A stretch of 64,000 nucleotides of DNA from Trueperaceae bacterium (GTDB taxonomy: Bacteria > Deinococcota > Deinococci > Deinococcales > Trueperaceae), in the NCBI GenBank assembly GCA_034520945.1, contig JAXHNB010000009.1, forward strand, positions 96,001 to 160,000. Reading direction: 5' to 3'. The notes beneath the pieces were generated by a model, which worked only from the letters and a program-made list of their open reading frames with translations, had not been told where the DNA came from and searched no databases. Below are positions 1-8,268 of this stretch, piece by piece (the first letter of the stretch is position 1; every line of letters begins with the position of its first letter). The position numbers and the translations under genes were made by a program.

Positions 1-225
1 ACGACCTTCGCCCCTTCGCTCAGGAGCGTCAGGAACGCTTCGACCTCGCCTTCGTGTCGACCGAATCTTCGGGTACGCCAGGACGCGCCGCAACTCCTCC
101 AGCAGCAACGGCGATACGACGACCTCGAACGCTCCGTCGAACCACAGTCGCAGGAGCTCCGCAGGCGTCCCCTGCCGAGACAGCAAGGCTGCGACGAGGA
201 CGTTGACATCCAGGACGCACCTCAC
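1..225 (-). CDS. PIN-domain toxin (putative TA toxin), 5' part; runs off window, apparent frameshift near nt 60
   Basis: Manual translation from GTG at 225: MRCVLDVNVLVAALLSRQGTPAELLRLWFDGAFEVVVSPLLLEELRRVLAYPKIR (PIN xxVLDxNVL motif). The plausible continuation (HEGEVEAFLTLLSEGAKVV) lies in another frame. GTGA overlap with the upstream antitoxin stop. Confidence 0.8.
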   Translation of the reverse strand, partial: MRCVLDVNVLVAALLSRQGTPAELLRLWFDGAFEVVVSPLLLEELRRVLAYPKIRSTRRRGRSVPDAPERRGEGR

Positions 226-455
226 GCTCCGTCGTTACGCCTCACGCTTTCTTGCGCCTCACGAGCAAGTTCCATCGCCTCGTCCTCGGGCATCTCGTTG
301 CGATCCCAAATCCGCTCGAGCAGATCAAACCCCAGATCCCGACGCAGTGCGGCCTCGACGATCTCGCTGTCGCGTTTGCCGGTGCGGGCGGCACGAACCC
401 TCACCGCCTTCCAGACCTCTTCGTCGATGGTCAGCGTGGTGCGAATCTTCGTCAT
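222..455 (-). CDS. Ribbon-helix-helix (CopG-like) antitoxin
   Basis: 77 aa; N-terminal RTTLTIDEEVWKAVRVRAA...SEIVEAALRR RHH pattern; acidic C-terminus; translationally coupled to the PIN gene. Confidence 0.8.
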   Translation of the reverse strand: MTKIRTTLTIDEEVWKAVRVRAARTGKRDSEIVEAALRRDLGFDLLERIWDRNEMPEDEAMELAREAQESVRRNDGA

Positions 456-459
456 AGCT

Positions 460-480
460 GCATCATGGCATCACGATGCC
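460..480. promoter_or_regulatory. Putative RHH operator and leaderless promoter
   Basis: Perfect palindrome GGCATC-ac-GATGCC (467-480) plus a further GCATC at 460; on the minus strand CATGAT-N6-ATG(455). Confidence 0.5.
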
Positions 481-486
481 GGCAAA

Positions 487-933
487 TCAGCTCGGCGGTA
501 GCACAGCGGCATCGGTCGCCGGGACGCCAAGCGCAGTGGCGCAGGCGAGTAGGGACCGGTCGAGCGTGTGCAGCGTCTCGCCGTGGCGCGCGGCATTGGC
601 GAGGTGCAGCGCGTCGGGACCTCGCAAGCCGAGCTGGGGGTCGTGAAGCAGCAGCGCGCGTGCGAGCTCGTAGTCTTCCGTGGTCGGCTCCAGGACGGCG
701 TAGATCCTGTGGGCGTGCGCCTCGAGCTCCCTGGCGACGTCGTGCGCGCTTCCCTCGAGCTGCTTCATGCGCTCGAGGCGGGCGAGGGCGCTGGTGAATT
801 CGACGAGCGTCCACGCGCTGGTGGCAAGGGTGCCGGGGGGTGCGGCCCGGAGGACGGCTTCGACGCGTCCGCTGCTCGCTTCGGCAAGGTAGTAGGGGAT
901 CAGGAAGCTGGTGTCGAGGTAGATGGCTAGCAC
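487..933 (-). CDS. vapC: VapC-family PIN ribonuclease toxin
   Basis: IYLDTSFL, LVEFTSAL, LRGPDALHLA, TLDRSL: the conserved acidic PIN tetrad. Confidence 0.9.
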   Translation of the reverse strand: MLAIYLDTSFLIPYYLAEASSGRVEAVLRAAPPGTLATSAWTLVEFTSALARLERMKQLEGSAHDVARELEAHAHRIYAVLEPTTEDYELARALLLHDPQLGLRGPDALHLANAARHGETLHTLDRSLLACATALGVPATDAAVLPPS

Positions 934-1154
934 CTCTCCTCCTCACGCATGCGCAGGAGCTCGTCGACGGCGCTGCCGCGCACGCGGCCATGACGCGCGC
1001 GGAACGTGCTCATATCGGGCGCGGCCTGCTTGGGTGGATTGAGGGTGGCGACCGCCTTCCCATAGCGGGTGATGGTGATGCTCTCCCCCATTTGGGCGCG
1101 CTTGAGCAGCTCGCTAAGGTGCTTCTTGGCTTCTGCGGTGGTGACTTCCGCCAT
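927..1154 (-). CDS. Phd/YefM-family antitoxin
   Basis: EAKKHLSELLKRAQMGESITITRYGKAVA is the Phd/YefM signature; overlaps the vapC start; GGAGG RBS. Confidence 0.9.
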   Translation of the reverse strand: MAEVTTAEAKKHLSELLKRAQMGESITITRYGKAVATLNPPKQAAPDMSTFRARHGRVRGSAVDELLRMREEERC

Positions 1155-1439
1155 GCCAGCCTCCCAGGATGACCAACAGTGTGACCATGATAGCGGGTTG
1201 GGGCTGACGTGTCACCGCGCCGCGTGCGGTCGCTTCCGGTGACGGAACCCCTGGCTAGCAGTAGAAATTGCGTGGCCACGAAGCCTCTACGAGGCCCTGA
1301 GCGGTTCAGGAGGTGCTCACCCTCCCGACCGCGAGCTCGGCGGTAGCACGAATGGAGGTCGCCAGGCGAAGCGTATGCTGAAACCGCCGCGATGACCGAT
1401 TGAAATCGCCGTCCACGACCCAACCGGCGTCGACAGCTC

Positions 1440-1729
1440 CTATCTCATTCAGGAACCTCTCGACCACATCGCTGTTTCAGATCGTACGGGACGCTGTCCA
1501 CGCCCAGGACGAATGGGAAGGCCGAGCGGTTCATCCAGACGCTGACGAGGGAGTGGGCGTACGCTCACGCCTACACCTAGCACCATTCCCACCAGCGCGC
1601 AGCAAACGTACCCGGTTACGTCCACGATGACAACTTCCGCCGCGAACACGGCGGCATCGGCTACCAGGCGCCGATCCACCGCCTTCACCCAGGAACACAT
1701 AACCTCATGGCGATCCACAGCTAGCGCTC
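1440..1729. mobile_element. Possible degenerate insertion-sequence remnant
   Basis: The minus-strand peptide VVIVDV...GVSVRPLPRQRLDEPLGLPI resembles, from memory, spurious ORFs seen inside IS elements. Lower GC; abuts a 5'-truncated gene. No terminal IRs or DDE motif seen. Confidence 0.25.
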
Positions 1730-2137
1730 GTGCGGCACGTCCTCCGCACGCTCGTGAAGCAGGGCCACCCGGGCGCGCTGGAGATGCTCGGCTTCGTGGC
1801 GGACACGCCGATCGTCGTCGATCAGCGGACGGTGGAGCCGGACGCTGTCGCGATCGGAAGCCGGGTACGGATCGAGGTCGACCTGCGCAACCTCGACGCC
1901 GACCCCAGGTCGGTCCTCGTCGACCGGCGAGTGGACTTCGTGAAAGCGAACGGGTCGCTTCGACCACAGGTGTTCAAGGGTGCGACGCTCGACCTGGCCT
2001 CCGGTGCGACCGGACGTGTCCGCAAGGGGGTCATCCTTGCTTAGCACAGCACACGCATGCCGTACCCCGGCCACCACAACGTCGAGGCGCTGGTGAACGG
2101 GATCGCCATGGGGAACGCGTGGTCCACCGTGACGTGA
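1730..2137 (+). pseudogene. C-terminal fragment of DNA alkylation repair protein (AlkC-like), with internal stop
   Basis: RHVLRTLVKQGHPGAL...VDFVKANGSLRPQVFK...; TAG at 2042-2044 is followed in frame by HSTRMPYPGHHNVEALVNG to TGA at 2137, matching the family C-terminal TRxxYPGxHxVExxVNG. The N-terminal domain is absent. Confidence 0.75.
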
Positions 2138-2203
2138 CCGTCGTCGTCAACGACAGCCCATGTGCCCGGTGGCGTGCGTCCGAAGTACACCGCCCTGGAT
2201 CAC

Positions 2204-2758
2204 CTACGGGTCACGAGCGATCGTGATGGGCACGCCGTTCTCGAGCGTGTCCTTGGTCACGCACAGACGGTCGGCCGCGGCATGCAGCCTCTCGACACGT
2301 CGCGGGTCCGTGCCTTCCTCGACCTCGAGGTGGACCGACATCTCGATCGACGGGAACCCCACGCCGACGGCCGGGTCCATGGCGAGGCACCCCCGGGCGT
2401 CGACGTCGCCACGGGCGATCACCTCGAGCGACTCGATCGACACCGCCATTTTGTCGGCGACCATCCGCAGCGTCGACTCGTAGCAACCGGCGAGCGCGGC
2501 GAGCAGCATCTCGGCCGCATTGGGCAGGTCGTTGTCACCCCCGATCTTGTCGTCGATGCCGAGCTCCCAGGCCGTCCGGGGGTAGGGGCCGTCCACCGAC
2601 ACCGCCACGTGGAACGGGCCCGCACCCTCCTCGGTGACGGTACGCGCCTGCTTGGGGATCAGCGCAGCTCGCGGATCCTCCCGGTACTGATCGATGAGCG
2701 GTGCCTGGCGCTGTCTGACGATGGACGTCGTGGTCGGGTTTGCAATACGATCGTTCAT
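2204..2758 (-). CDS. OsmC-family protein
   Basis: GGDNDLPNAAEMLLAALAGC...GDVDARG...RLCVTKDTL: two conserved Cys and OsmC fold motifs. Confidence 0.85.
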   Translation of the reverse strand: MNDRIANPTTTSIVRQRQAPLIDQYREDPRAALIPKQARTVTEEGAGPFHVAVSVDGPYPRTAWELGIDDKIGGDNDLPNAAEMLLAALAGCYESTLRMVADKMAVSIESLEVIARGDVDARGCLAMDPAVGVGFPSIEMSVHLEVEEGTDPRRVERLHAAADRLCVTKDTLENGVPITIARDP

Positions 2759-2786
2759 TCTTTTTATAGCGTACGATCGTTTGTAT
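2744..2786. promoter_or_regulatory. Two TetR operator-like palindromic boxes in the divergent promoter
   Basis: TACGATCGTT occurs twice (2746-2755 and 2772-2781) in an AT-rich spacer between osmC and tetR. Confidence 0.6.
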
Positions 2787-2816
2787 CATCGTGTCAATGA
2801 CACGCGTGGAGGCGCC

Positions 2817-3443
2817 GTGACCCAGGACGAAACCCACACCGCCGACGGGCGACGATGGCGCGCCGACGGCCAACGAAGTCGCCGCCGGATCCTCGAGACG
2901 GCAGCGCGCTTGGCCACGGTGGAGGGACTCGAGGGCCTCTCGATCGGCCGTCTCGCTGCAGCGACCGGCATGAGCAAAGGGGGTGTGTACGCCCACTTCG
3001 GATCCAAGGAGGACCTTCAGCTGGCCACCATCGACAAGGCACGAGAAATCTTCATCGGCGTCGTCGTGCGTCCGGCAGCGGCGGCACCGAAGGGGGTGGA
3101 CCGATTGCGGGAGCTCTGCGCACGGTTCCTCGACCACGTGGACAAGCAGGTGTTCCCAGGCGGGTGCTTCTTCGCGTCGGTCGCTGCCGAGATGAGCGCC
3201 AGACCCGGCTCCGTTCGTGATCGGATCGCCCAGGAACAGCAGGCCTGGGTCGCCCTCCTGGAGCGGTACGCCACGGAGGCGCGACGGCTGGGCCAGCTGC
3301 CAGAGGACGCCGATCCGACCCAACTGGCCTTCGAGCTCAACGCGCTCGTCGTGGCGGCCAACACCGCCTACGTGCTCCACGGCGACCGGACAGGCCTCCA
3401 GCGCGCCGTTCGCGCGATCGAGGACCGGCTCAGCGTCGCGTGA
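2817..3443 (+). CDS. TetR/AcrR-family transcriptional regulator
   Basis: SRRRILETAARLA...GLSIGRLAAATGMSKGGVYAHFGSKEDL HTH; GGCFF C-terminal motif; GTG start with GGAGG. Confidence 0.93.
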   Translation: MTQDETHTADGRRWRADGQRSRRRILETAARLATVEGLEGLSIGRLAAATGMSKGGVYAHFGSKEDLQLATIDKAREIFIGVVVRPAAAAPKGVDRLRELCARFLDHVDKQVFPGGCFFASVAAEMSARPGSVRDRIAQEQQAWVALLERYATEARRLGQLPEDADPTQLAFELNALVVAANTAYVLHGDRTGLQRAVRAIEDRLSVA

Positions 3444-3722
3444 ACCGTCGTGTCGCTCGACCGGCGCAGACCTGGTCGTTGCAGCGCAGCATCGCGGTGA
3501 CGGCACGGTTCGGATCGTTCTCGTCGGACTGTCGAACGCCGGCCCGACCTACGATCGATGACCTCGCACGTCGTGACCAGCGACTGGAGTTACCGCGGTC
3601 TTGTAGACCGGTCTTGGGTGCCTTTCGTCTCTCGATCGCCAGTCTCGGTGGTCGAGAACACGAGATAGCGACCCTTCCGACTGCCAGATCGCACGTCCCT
3701 CGTCCGCGTTCATTGGCTACTC

Positions 3723-3766
3723 GCTGCAACCAAGCTGCAACCAAGGAAGGTCCCCAAGGAAGGTCC
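3723..3766. repeat. Two adjacent tandem direct repeats (11 bp x2 and 13 bp x2)
   Basis: GCTGCAACCAA at 3723 and 3734; CCAAGGAAGGTCC at 3741 and 3754. Confidence 0.85.
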
Positions 3767-3773
3767 ACGCAAG

Positions 3774-3800
3774 ATCCCCCAACGTGACTCGTTGGGGGAT
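3774..3800 (-). terminator. Hairpin downstream of tRNA-Val (probable terminator)
   Basis: ATCCCCCAACG-tgact-CGTTGGGGGAT, perfect 11-bp stem; no long U-tract. Confidence 0.6.
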
Positions 3801-3824
3801 TCGCGTCGCTGACGCCGCTTCTTA

Positions 3825-3899
3825 TGGTGGGCGGTACTGGATTTGAACCAGTGACCCCTCGCGTGTGAAGCGAGTGCTCTTCCGCTGAGCTAACCGCCC
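3825..3899 (-). tRNA. tRNA-Val (anticodon CAC)
   Basis: Reverse complement GGGCGGTTAGCTCAGCGGAAGAGCACTCGCTT-CAC-ACGCGAGGGGTCACTGGTTCAAATCCAGTACCGCCCACCA: cloverleaf, TTC loop, encoded CCA. Confidence 0.97.
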
Positions 3900-4048
3900 A
3901 AGCGTTCAGGAGTCTACTCCGCGACGGCGCGCACGTCAACGCCATGGCGCGCGTCAGGCAGAGGAATGCCCCTACCGCCGCAGTTCCTGCCCGCCTACCC
4001 TGGGGTACCCCTCGAGGTCGGGGCGCCCGGGCTCGTGAAAGGAACGTG

Positions 4049-6790
4049 ATGACGCGTAGGAGCGGAGCCACAACGGAGGCCGCATCGTTCGAGGACCGCG
4101 GCTGGCACGCGTGGGACGTGGACGAGGCACTGGCGGCGCTGCGGTCCGACTGGTCGGGCCTCACCACCGAAGAGGCGCGGCGCCGCCTGGGGACGGACGG
4201 GCCGAACGTCCTGCCCGAAGAGCCGCCCGTGCCCGCCTGGCGGCGCTTCGCGCGGCAGTTCGCCAACCTGTTGATCTACGTGCTGCTGGCCGCGGCGGCG
4301 TTGACGGCCACGTTCGGCGATTGGATCGAGACCGGCGTGATCCTGGCGGTGGTGCTGCTCAACGCCGTCATCGGATACGTGCAGGAGGGCCGGGCCGAGG
4401 CGGCACTGGCGTCGTTGCGCGACATGCTGGCGCTGGACGCGACCGTGCTTCGGGACGGCCGCAGGCGCGAGATCCCCGCGGCGGAGCTGGTGCGGGGCGA
4501 CGTGGTGGTGCTGGAACCCGGCGACAAGGTCCCCGCCGACGTGCGGGTGGTGGCTGCGCACGACCTGCGGGTGGAGGAGGCGGCCCTCACCGGCGAGTCG
4601 GTCCCGATCGACAAGCACCGCGAAGCGGTGGCGGACGATGCGGCGCTGGGGGACCGCCGCTCGATGGCGTTCTCGGGCACGACCGTGGCGGCGGGCGCCG
4701 GGCGCGGGCTGGTGGTCGCGACCGGGCAGGACACGGAGGTCGGCCGCATCGGACAGATGGTCGCGCGGGTGACGACGCTGCGCACCCCGTTCCTGGAGAT
4801 GATCGATCGCTTTTCGCGCACGCTGGCGTACGTGATCACGGGCGCCAGCGCGGCGCTGTTCGCGTTCGGCGTGCTGGTCCGGGGGTACCCAGCGAACGAG
4901 GCGTTCCTGATGGTCATCGGGCTGGCCGTCGCGGCGATCCCGGAAGGCCTGCCGGCCATCATCACCATCACGCTGGCGTTGGGGGTGCAGCGCATGGCCC
5001 GACGCCAGGCGATCGTGCGGCGCCTGCCCGCGGTGGAGACGCTGGGCTCCGTGACGACGATCTGCACCGACAAGACCGGCACCCTGACGCGGAACGAGAT
5101 GACGGTGCGGGCGGTGCGAACGGCGGACGCCACCTTCTCTGTCGAGGGCGAGGGGTACGACCCGCACGGCGCCGTCACGCGGGAGGGCGAACCCGACGTC
5201 GACGTCGACGATCCGGACCTGCGCTTCCTGGCGCGCATTGGCGCGCTGTGCAGCGTCGCCGAGTTCCGCACCGACGAGCACGGCGGCCGGGCCCTGTCGG
5301 GCGACCCGACCGAGGGGGCGGTGCTCACGCTGGCGCACAAGCTCGGTGTCGACCAGGAACATCTGGACGCCGTGCCTCGGTTGGACCTGCTGCCGTTCGA
5401 GTCGGCGCGGGGGTACGCCGCCAGCCTGATCGCGGACGAGGACGGTCCTCGCATCGCCGTGAAGGGCGCCCCCGAGCGCGTCTTGGACCGCTGCAGCCAC
5501 GTACGGACGGCGTTCGGCGATGCGGTATTGGAGCGCGAGCGGTGGGAGCACGTGCTGGACGATTTGGCGTCGCAGGCCTACCGGGTGCTGGCGGTGGCCA
5601 CCAAGGCCGTCCCGGCGGGAACGGACCGGCTGCGGCACGCCGACGTGGCGTCGGGCCTGACGCTGCTGGGCGTGCTGGCGCTGATGGATCCACCGCGCCA
5701 AGGGGTGAAGGAGGCGCTCGCGGCGTGTCACCGGGCCGGCATTCGCGTGCTGATGATCACCGGCGACCACGCCCGTACCGCCGGCGCGATCGCGTCGCAG
5801 TTGGGCCTCCGCGGCCCGGACGACGGCGCGGTCCTGGCCGGACCCGAGCTCGAGGAGATGGACGACGAGGCCTTGGACGAGGCGGTCCTGCGCCACACCG
5901 TGTTCGCCCGCTCCAGTCCCGAGCACAAGCTGCGGATCCTGCAGGCCTTGCAGCGTCACGGCGAGGTGGCCGCCATGACCGGCGACGGCGTGAACGACGC
6001 GCCGGCGCTGAAGCGCGCGGACGTGGGGATCGCCATGGGCCTCAAGGGCAGCGAGGCCGCCAAGGACGCCTCGGAGATGGTGCTGGGCGACGACGACTTC
6101 ACCACCATCACGCAGGCCGTGGCGGAGGGGCGCACCACCTACGACAACCTGAAAAAGGCGATCCTGTTCATCCTGCCCACCAACGGGGCCGAGGCGCTGG
6201 TCGTCACCGCGGGCATCCTCGCGGCCGTAACCGCGCTGCCCATCACGACCGTGCAGATCTTGTGGGTCAACATGGTGACGGCGGTCACGCTGGCCCTGGC
6301 GCTGGCCTTCGAGCCCGCGGAGTCGGACGTGATGGCGCGTCCGCCCCGCGCGCGCAACGCGCCCATCCTGTCCCGCTACCTGGTGGGGCGCATCGCGTAC
6401 GTCTCCGTTCTGCTTGGCGGGGCGACCCTGCTGGCGTACTTCCTGGCCTTGCAGCGGGGCTTCGACGTGAACTACGCCCGCACGCTGGCCGTGAACGTGC
6501 TGGTGGCGGGCGAGGTGGTGTACATGGTGAACGTGCGCGTCCTAACGGGCTCGGCGCTGCTGGGCGGCCGCCTCCTCGCCAACCCGGCCGCCCTGGCGTC
6601 GGTCGCGGTGCTGGTCGTGGTGCAGGCGGTGTTCACCTATGCGCCGCCGTTCCAACGCTGGTTCGGCACGGCGCCGCTGGGTGCGGGGGCATGGGCCTGG
6701 GTGGCGGTGGCGGGCCTGGCGCTGTTCGCGGTAGTCGAGATCGAGAAGGTCGTCACGCAGCGCCTGCAAGCTCGGCGCGCCACGCGCTGA
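4049..6790 (+). CDS. Cation-transporting P-type ATPase (P2A/CtpF-like, probably Ca2+)
   Basis: LTGES, AIPEGLP, ICTDKTGTLT, KGAPE, MITGD, TGDGVNDAPALK motifs; about 10 TM segments; start after GAAAGGA. Confidence 0.95.
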   Translation: MTRRSGATTEAASFEDRGWHAWDVDEALAALRSDWSGLTTEEARRRLGTDGPNVLPEEPPVPAWRRFARQFANLLIYVLLAAAALTATFGDWIETGVILAVVLLNAVIGYVQEGRAEAALASLRDMLALDATVLRDGRRREIPAAELVRGDVVVLEPGDKVPADVRVVAAHDLRVEEAALTGESVPIDKHREAVADDAALGDRRSMAFSGTTVAAGAGRGLVVATGQDTEVGRIGQMVARVTTLRTPFLEMIDRFSRTLAYVITGASAALFAFGVLVRGYPANEAFLMVIGLAVAAIPEGLPAIITITLALGVQRMARRQAIVRRLPAVETLGSVTTICTDKTGTLTRNEMTVRAVRTADATFSVEGEGYDPHGAVTREGEPDVDVDDPDLRFLARIGALCSVAEFRTDEHGGRALSGDPTEGAVLTLAHKLGVDQEHLDAVPRLDLLPFESARGYAASLIADEDGPRIAVKGAPERVLDRCSHVRTAFGDAVLERERWEHVLDDLASQAYRVLAVATKAVPAGTDRLRHADVASGLTLLGVLALMDPPRQGVKEALAACHRAGIRVLMITGDHARTAGAIASQLGLRGPDDGAVLAGPELEEMDDEALDEAVLRHTVFARSSPEHKLRILQALQRHGEVAAMTGDGVNDAPALKRADVGIAMGLKGSEAAKDASEMVLGDDDFTTITQAVAEGRTTYDNLKKAILFILPTNGAEALVVTAGILAAVTALPITTVQILWVNMVTAVTLALALAFEPAESDVMARPPRARNAPILSRYLVGRIAYVSVLLGGATLLAYFLALQRGFDVNYARTLAVNVLVAGEVVYMVNVRVLTGSALLGGRLLANPAALASVAVLVVVQAVFTYAPPFQRWFGTAPLGAGAWAWVAVAGLALFAVVEIEKVVTQRLQARRATR

Positions 6791-6821
6791 CGCGAGGGCG
6801 TCCCTGGGCGCCTCGCAAGCC

Positions 6822-7901
6822 TCACGCCGCGCGGCGCGCCACCTCGTCCCGCACCTGCGGCGCGACGCGCGTGCCGTACGCCTCGATCGCCTTCATGATG
6901 CGGTCGTGCGGCAGGCTGCCGACGCTGAACTGGATCATCACGCGATCGTGGTCGAACAGCTCGTGCTGGTGGAGGATCTTGGCGGCCACGCGGTCGGGGT
7001 CGCCCAGCAGCAGGTGCCCGTCCGGCTCGGCGTCGCGCTCGTACTGGCGGCGAGACATGGGCGGCCAGCCGCGCTCGCGGCCGATCTGGTTCATGACCGC
7101 CGCCGCGGAAGGGTACGACACGTCCAACGCCCCCTGGTGCGTCTCGGCGAGGAATCCGTGCCCGTTCACGCCGAGCTTCAAGCTGGCCGGATCGTGCCCG
7201 GCACGGCGTCCGGCCTCGCGGTACAGCTCGACCAGAGGCGTGAACCGCTCCGGCCTTCCGCCGATGATCGCCAGCGCCATCGGCAGCCCCAGCGTGCCGG
7301 CCCGCACCGCGGAGGCGGGCGTGCCGCCGACGGCGAGCCACACCGGCAGCCGCGCCTGCTGCGGCCGCGGGTAGATGCCGGCGTCCTGTAGCGGCGGCCG
7401 GTGACGCCCCTGCCACGTCACCCGCTCCCGTTCCCGAAGCTGGAGCAGCAGGTCGAGTTTCTCCTCGAACAACGCCTCGTAGTCGTTCAGGTCGTACCCG
7501 AACAGCGGGAACGACTCGATGAACGAGCCGCGGCCGGCCATGATCTCGGCGCGGCCGGCCGACAGCAGGTCCAACGTTGCGAACGACTGGAACACCCGCA
7601 CCGGATCGTCGGAGCCGAGCACGGTGACGGCGCTGCTCAAGCGGATGCGCGAGGTGCGTGCCGCCGCGGCGGCCAGCGTCACGGCCGGCGCCGAGCTGAC
7701 GTACTCGGGGCGGTGGTGCTCCCCCAACCCGTAGGCGTCGAGGCCGACCTGGTCGGCGAGGACGATCTCCTCCACCAGGTCGCGCAGGCGCTGGCCGGGC
7801 GTGTCGGTCCTGCCGGTGTGCGGATCGGGCGTCCGCTCGGCGAAGGAGTACACGCCGAGTTCGAAGGGGGCTTGCGGTCGCGTCGCGTCGGGCGTGGGCA
7901 C
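6822..7901 (-). CDS. LLM-class flavin-dependent oxidoreductase (luciferase-like)
   Basis: [44 protein letters not shown]. Confidence 0.93.
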   Translation of the reverse strand: MPTPDATRPQAPFELGVYSFAERTPDPHTGRTDTPGQRLRDLVEEIVLADQVGLDAYGLGEHHRPEYVSSAPAVTLAAAAARTSRIRLSSAVTVLGSDDPVRVFQSFATLDLLSAGRAEIMAGRGSFIESFPLFGYDLNDYEALFEEKLDLLLQLRERERVTWQGRHRPPLQDAGIYPRPQQARLPVWLAVGGTPASAVRAGTLGLPMALAIIGGRPERFTPLVELYREAGRRAGHDPASLKLGVNGHGFLAETHQGALDVSYPSAAAVMNQIGRERGWPPMSRRQYERDAEPDGHLLLGDPDRVAAKILHQHELFDHDRVMIQFSVGSLPHDRIMKAIEAYGTRVAPQVRDEVARRAA

Positions 7902-8170
7902 CCCCGAATGGTACGGAGCGCCGGGGTGCCGCGGCGTCGTCCCGGCGTCGGCGCGGACCGCTCGGGCAGGCGGACGGGCCGCTGCGTGGGCCTTCGCGCG
8001 CGCCGTCGCGGGGCGTGGACCTTCGCGTCGACCGCTGCGTGGGTCGCGTGTGACGCGGCCCTACGCGTGTGCGCGCGCCTGCATCATGCGCCGAGTGGCG
8101 CGCAAGTCGTGGGTTCCACCGTCCCTGACGGGACGAATCGGCCCCGTGCACCTCCCGCCGCGGTCCAGGG

Positions 8171-8190
8171 GTGCGCCACATGTGGCGCAC
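8171..8190. repeat. Perfect 20-bp palindrome
   Basis: GTGCGCCACA|TGTGGCGCAC, no spacer, intergenic. Confidence 0.8.
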
Positions 8191-8268
8191 TTCGGGCCAA
8201 AACGCGCGCGCTCGCGTAGGTCCCCGCGCACCACCCTCCCGCGGACCAAGATCGAGGCGGCGGCGGGC

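Noticed and set aside
2042..2044. In-frame TAG as programmed readthrough (pyrrolysine)
   Set aside because: The gene is also 5'-truncated and in a decay zone; no pyl machinery evident; simple nonsense mutation is more likely
3444..3720. Possible integrase remnant beside the tRNA
   Set aside because: No tyrosine-recombinase (R-H-R-H-Y) or serine-recombinase motif recognised in the frames I translated
3723..3766. Tandem repeats as a CRISPR array
   Set aside because: Units are 11-13 bp with no spacers; no cas genes or arrays seen anywhere in the window
4111..7374. 1087-aa ORF and many other long overlapping or antisense ORFs (e.g. 3995-5959, 18170-20515, 39315-41735)
   Set aside because: Arg/Gly/Pro-rich shadow frames of real genes, expected in high-GC DNA; no domain motifs
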